From contig CM097885.1 in NCBI GenBank assembly GCA_044892525.1, positions 32,242,001 to 32,306,000 of the forward strand: a stretch of DNA of 64,000 bases. Direction: 5' to 3'. The notes under the pieces are model-generated. The model ran no database searches. It saw nothing but the letters and a program-made list of their open reading frames with translations, and was not told the origin of the DNA. Every line of letters starts with the position of its first letter. The first letter of the stretch is position 1. This document shows positions 58,256 through 64,000 of this stretch, piece by piece. This stretch comes from Schmidtea polychroa (Eukaryota). The position numbers and the translations under genes are program-made.

Positions 58256-60842
58256 AGACTATATAACAAAACAATATATAAGGTACACGATATTTCTGGA
58301 CACCCTTTATCAAGTGCTAATTATTACTAACTAATTATTTAATTAATTGTAAAAAAATAAATAATTGAATCTAGAGATTGGTTCTGACTTTCTGATAGGA
58401 AATAAATCAAATGGAGATTACGATGAGAATGAAGTTCCCTATCAAAAGAACTTTCAACTCAGTCAAAATGCAATTTTTGTTGCAGAAAGAAAAGGGATAA
58501 TATAATGAATAAACGAAAAGTGTTTTGAAATTGAAAATAAATTTTTTATAAGTTGAGTCATATTCGTTTAACGCCTCTGTTACCTTCCCTTAGATTAAGT
58601 AAAGTCATTTTAGTTGTATTGACAGAATTTGAAAGATTTTGAACTGTAATATTAATAAAAGTCACTTATGTTGATTTAGTATTTTTTGATCAAGAGCATG
58701 TAGAGTCAGATAAATCTCTCTATCCTTCTGAACTATATAATTTTAATAATTAAAATAAGTGAAATTAATAATAATGTTCAACAAAAAAGAATCTTTATAC
58801 ATGAAGCGATAAACTCTATAGCAGCAGTACAGCTGACTTTAGAACAAACAGAAGATGTTGCAGTTGATATTTCTACGTGTTTGAATGTAATGCAGGAGTT
58901 TATTAATAAATATTTATATAAAATATTCCTAGAATTTCTTTCTTTACCCCCCCCCCCCATATTTGTGTGAAATATTGATAGCAAATATTCTTTATAGCAA
59001 ACAGAAATTGGATATTACAGTCACTCATAATAGAAAGCTTTCAAAGTCAACAAAACACAAGAATTACATTAGGCACAGAATAAGGTCCTACAAGGTTTAA
59101 CGAAAGATAAAAACATATTCCACTAAATAATCAACGAATAAATAACGAATTTTAGAGTTCTGGGGTTCCATAGATTAATTATTAATTGCTTGATTTTTTG
59201 GTGGAACACTTTTTATCTTTGCGTTAAACCATATATGGCACAGGACAAAAGTCTTAACCGTTTTATTGTAAACTTAATGTTATATGACAGTTATCCATAA
59301 CTTGGATACTCAAGAAAATTATTTTCTAAATATTTTTTTTAATCAAGATATCAAATTCCACTTAATTCGTCTAGGAATCGTAAATAATATTTCATTTAAT
59401 TTTAATAAAAAAGGATACTAAAAATCAGTTGGGAATTTTAAATAAGTTTTAATCTTCCGAAAAATAGAGCAGAAAAAGAAATTCTAGAAAACTGGGACAT
59501 ACTTTGTTTTCATTAGGTGTTTATATATATATTTGTTTTAACTGTTAGAAAATTTGACTGAAGTTCGTTATTAAAGTTGCATTTGAAAATTGTTAAATCG
59601 GTAGAGTAAATTGGTCAATATTTACAAATATAATTAAAAAATTATATTATATGTTTATTTATTATGTTAAGATGAAATAATAAAACCAGTATAGAAAACA
59701 TGACATTCACCCAAATAAAAAATCTTTTCTTATCAACAGCAGTGATTCCCAAATTTTTGGATTAGCGTAGCCCTCTATGGCATTAAAAAATTACACGGAG
59801 CCTAATGGTTTAGTGATTGTGTGTTGCCAATCGACAATGGCTAGCATCAAAAAATTTCAGAAGATATTCATGGAACCTTTGTAACTTTCCCGAGGAGTTC
59901 TTGAGGTACGTGGAACACAGATTGAAAACCTCTGATCTACACCGTAACGAAATAATAGACAAAAATACATTTAAAATCCATTTGAACTTTATACTAAAAA
60001 ATGAAAGAGGTCTTGGATCCTTTTAAAAATTTGTTGGCTTTTTTATGAAGGAAATAACAAAATGTTTCATTGATTCCATCTCTGACTCTAATCGTTTTGT
60101 TTGTTATCAAATCAAAGAACTCCCAACATTATATAGATTTATTGGTATCACAATTTACAACACAATATGACAATGAAATCCAAACTTTAGAGATAAATTG
60201 TGAATAATTACAGTTTTATACCTTAGATGTTACAAGGACACAACGGCTATGAAATGCAATGGTGAGACAATTATGCCAGTAAAAATAATTTTCCTTTTTT
60301 CGGTATCACTTTACCAACTAAGATTTTTTAAATATTTTTTGTAAAATATGTGTCCCAAATTTCTCTTTCACGATCTTTTTCATACTTCTGTTGGGTTTTT
60401 AATGTAAGTCGGTACTACGGTCTGACTCCTTTGTTTTCTTTTTCAAAATAAATAAATAACCCAACACAAAATCTTTATTAACACTGATGCAGTTACACTT
60501 TTACACTTTTTATTAGTTTACTCACACTTGACACAATCAGGTTTTGTCTGCACTTTTCAAATTGCCAACAAATCTCAACTTTAATATTTCCTTTTTCGCT
60601 CTCGTTACTTCGACTTTCTTTCCTTCGACCAACTGGCAGTTTTGTTTTCTTGCCAGTTGCTTTTATACCCACTTGGTAATTGACTTTATTTTTGCCAATT
60701 GGTTTTGGTCTTACTTCCCCCCGGGCTTCCTCTTGGAGGTCTAATTCAATTTAAGGGAATTGGCTCATTTTCTTTGACCGCTCTTACCACTTTTATTTTA
60801 TCCGGCTAAATTAATTGCCTTCCCAAAATTGGTTTTCTCAAT

Positions 60843-60930
60843 TTGCTCGGGTTTCCCATTGTCTCGGGTTTCTCATTAGCTCGGGTTCTCCATTAGCTCG
60901 GGTTTCCCATTAGCTCGGGTTTTCCATTAG
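60843..60930. repeat. 17-bp minisatellite x5
   Basis: TAGCTCGGGTTTCCCAT-like units. Confidence 0.85.
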
Positions 60931-61911
60931 TTAATTAATTTTTAATTAATTTTTGTTTTTTGTAATTTATTCCTTTTAGGGACCCCCATTGATTTTATTT
61001 TATTATAGCTGAACTCGTCTCATTATTTAGCATCCGCCCATACCAGTTTCCCCCAGAAAATATTCATATTTTTTTAAAATTTTGATTTTTAATTAATATT
61101 TTGTACTTTAAATTTTATTTTGAATTTGGTGTTTTTATCGATTTTCACCTCATTTTGTGCCTCTCTTGTTGAACCCCAACACTTCCATGTTAGCCACCAA
61201 TCTAATAATAATTTCCCAGATTCAGGAAATAGTTCAGGAAACAATTTTTGTTTTCCAAATTTTGACTTTGAACTCATTTATAGAAAAAAACTTGGTAAGT
61301 ATTTTTTTAATTAATTAATTTCGACCTTTTATACGTTAATTCTTTTAATTTTAGGTTGTAGGTTCTAAGATTCACATTTCTTAAAATTTAATTTAATTTA
61401 TTATATATTCTATTCAAATTGATTTAATGTTTCAGAACCCCCAAAATAACGGCTAGATGAGGAATAATTGTAATTAATTTTTTTTTATTTAAAACTCCAA
61501 CAAAATTATAATTTTACGAAAAGGGCAAAAATATCAAAAGAAATTAAAACAAATGACAATGACCTTGAAAAATCACTAAAATGTTTTTCAATTTGTTTTT
61601 CATATCTTCAATGGTTTATTTTAAAAATTCTTAATAAAAATTAAGGTTTGCAGTAAAGTTTGCTTTATTATCAATAATTTATTTATATTTTATTTATACT
61701 GATATCAAGGAAACATCTTTTTTAATGCGAAATTTAATTAAACTTTCTCGTCATCCTCTGCCTCTTTAATTGCATTTTTCGTTTTTTTTTCTTACTCTTC
61801 AATTTATATATCGAAGTACTTTCAATTAATAAAAATGGCTAATATATTTATGAAATTATGTTTTTATAAATAATTATGTGACCAACCAGTTACTATAAAT
61901 TTTTTAATAAC

Positions 61912-61969
<58 letters not shown>

Positions 61970-62114
61970 GTAGGTAGATAGTAGCCCACGGGAACAATTA
62001 CCCCCCCCCGGGGGGGGGGGGGGGGAAGGGGTTTGTTCCCAAATTTTTATTACGCAATTGTTCCCAACTCATTTTTTTGCTTTCAGGGATTTTTGGTCCA
62101 AATTTTTTTTTATC

Positions 62115-63020
62115 ACCCTATAGTGAGGGGGTCTCGATGGTCCTAGGATTTTCAATACAAAAAATTTTTTTCAATACAAAAATCCGACTATCAATAAAAA
62201 AGCATAGAATTTTCAGACTATAGTGAGGGGGTCTCGATGGTCCTGGGATTTTCAATACAAAAAATTTTTTTCAATACAAAAAGCTGGTCTACACTAAAAA
62301 AGCCAAGGAATTTTCAGACTATAGTGAGGGGGTCTCGATGGTCCTGGGATTTTCAATACAAATTAAATTTTTCAATACAAAAATCCGACTATCAATAAAA
62401 AAGTCAAGGATTTATCATACTATAGTGAGAGGGTCTCGATGGTCCTAGGATTTTCAATACAAATAAAATTTTTTCAATACAAAAACGATGGTCCTGGGAT
62501 TTTCAATACAAAAAATTATTTTCTATACAAAAATCCGACTATCAATAAAAAAGCATGGAATTTTCAGACTATAGTGAGGGGGTCTCGATGGTCCTGGGAT
62601 TTTCTATACAAAAATCCGACTATCAATAAAAAAGCATGGTAATTTAAGGTCTCAGGATATTTTCAATACAAAAAGCCGGTCTACACTAAAAAAGCCAAGG
62701 ATTTTTCAGACTATAGTGAGGTGAGTCTCCTTGGTTCTGAGAAATAGGTGGTCTACACTAAAAAAAACGTGGTAATTTAAGGTCTCAGGATATTTTCAAT
62801 ACAAAAATCCGACTACCACTAAAAAAGCCAAGGATTTTTCAGACTATAGTGAGGTGAGTCTTCAATAAAGAAGCATGGTAATTTAAGGTCTCAGGATATT
62901 TTCAATACAAAAATCCGACTATCAATAAAAAAGCATGGATTTTTCGAATTAAATTGAGGTGGGTCTCCTTGGTCCTGAGAATTTCAATAGACAAAGGTGG
63001 TCTACACTAAAAAACGTGGT
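62115..63020. repeat. Complex satellite of ~100-bp shuffled units
   Basis: Repeated CTATAGTGAGGGGGTCTCGATGGTCC, TTTTCAATACAAAAA and ATCCGACTATCAATAAAAAAG blocks. Confidence 0.88.
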
Positions 63021-63029
63021 AAATTTTTT

Positions 63030-63700
63030 AAAATTACAGTAAATTATGGGTCTAAAAATTGAATTACAGTAAATTATGGACTAAGATTTTTAAATTACAG
63101 TAAATTATGGTCCAAATTTTTCAATTAAAGTAAATTATGGTTCAAATTTTTCAAATAAGGTAATTATGGTCCTAAAAAATTAAATTACAGTAAATTATGG
63201 CTCAAATTTTTAAATTAAAGTAAATAATGGTTCTAAAAAATTAAATTAAAGTAAATTATGGCTCAAATTTTCAAATAAGGTAATAATGGTCCTAAAAAAT
63301 TAAATTAAAGTAAATTATGGTTCTAAAAATTAAATTATAGTAAATTATGGCTCAAATTTTTAAATTACAGTAAATTATGGTCCTAAAAAATTAAATTAAA
63401 GTAAATTATGGCTCAAATTTTTCAATTACAGTAAATAATGGTTCTAAAAATTGAATTAAAGTAAATTATGGTCCAAATTTTTGAATTAAAGTAAATTATG
63501 GTTCTAAAAATTAAATTAAAAGTAAATTATGGTTCTAAATTTTTCAATTACAGTAAATTATGGTCCAAATTTTGAATTACAGTAAATTATGGTTCTAAAA
63601 ATTAAATTAAAGTAAATTATGGTCCAAATTTTAAAATTAAAGTAAAATTAGGTTCTAAAAATTAAATTAAAGTTAATTAAGGTCCAAATTTTTAATTTAA
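63030..63700. repeat. ~30-bp minisatellite
   Basis: AATTA[AC]AGTAAATTATGG... repeated about 20 times. Confidence 0.9.
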
Positions 63701-64000
63701 GTAATCAATGGTAAAAAATTTTAAATAAGTAAATTAAAGTAATAATTTTTAAATTAAGTAATCAATGGTAAAAAATTTTAAATAAGTAAATTAAAGTAAG
63801 ATTTTAAAATTTATTAACAAAAAGTTGAAGGTGTTTGAGAATTGAAATTTTTTAATGAAAATTTTTATGGAATAATTTTTTAAGTAATTTTTAATGGAAA
63901 TTTTTATGAAATATTTTTCAATGATAATTTTAGATGGAAATTTTTAAGATAATTTTTAATGAAAATTTTTATGAAATATTTTTCAAAGACAAATTTTAAT

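Overview
This is AT-rich animal genomic DNA dominated by integrated Polinton/Maverick (adintovirus-like) dsDNA viruses. (A) 1-12429 holds the right-hand parts of two near-identical copies: A1 (1-3285) is joined into a gene of A2 (3286-12429). A2 interrupts a hAT transposase, and the hAT interrupts a Ty3/gypsy pol, giving a four-level nest. (B) 20767-36680 is a degenerate element of a different family with both ends present and a GAATTG TSD. It carries a TBP-like gene, an IAP-type RING gene, a multi-SIM acidic protein, at least eight short GT-AG introns (one made of ATT microsatellite, inside the integrase catalytic motif), and TIRs packed with AP-1 and nuclear-receptor sites. (C) 38622-51617 is a deletion derivative related to A with a GAAAAG TSD, inserted in a solo LTR. 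It has a PLA2-integrase fusion, a membrane protein with YPxL/PSAP late-domain motifs, and three tRNA-like Pol III units reminiscent of VA RNAs. A and C both end in a ~250-bp cassette bounded by inverted copies of the AGTAGT terminus. The rest contains one intronless host SLC18-like MFS transporter, solo LTRs, MITE-like repeats and satellites. All calls come from reading the sequence by eye; no searches were run.
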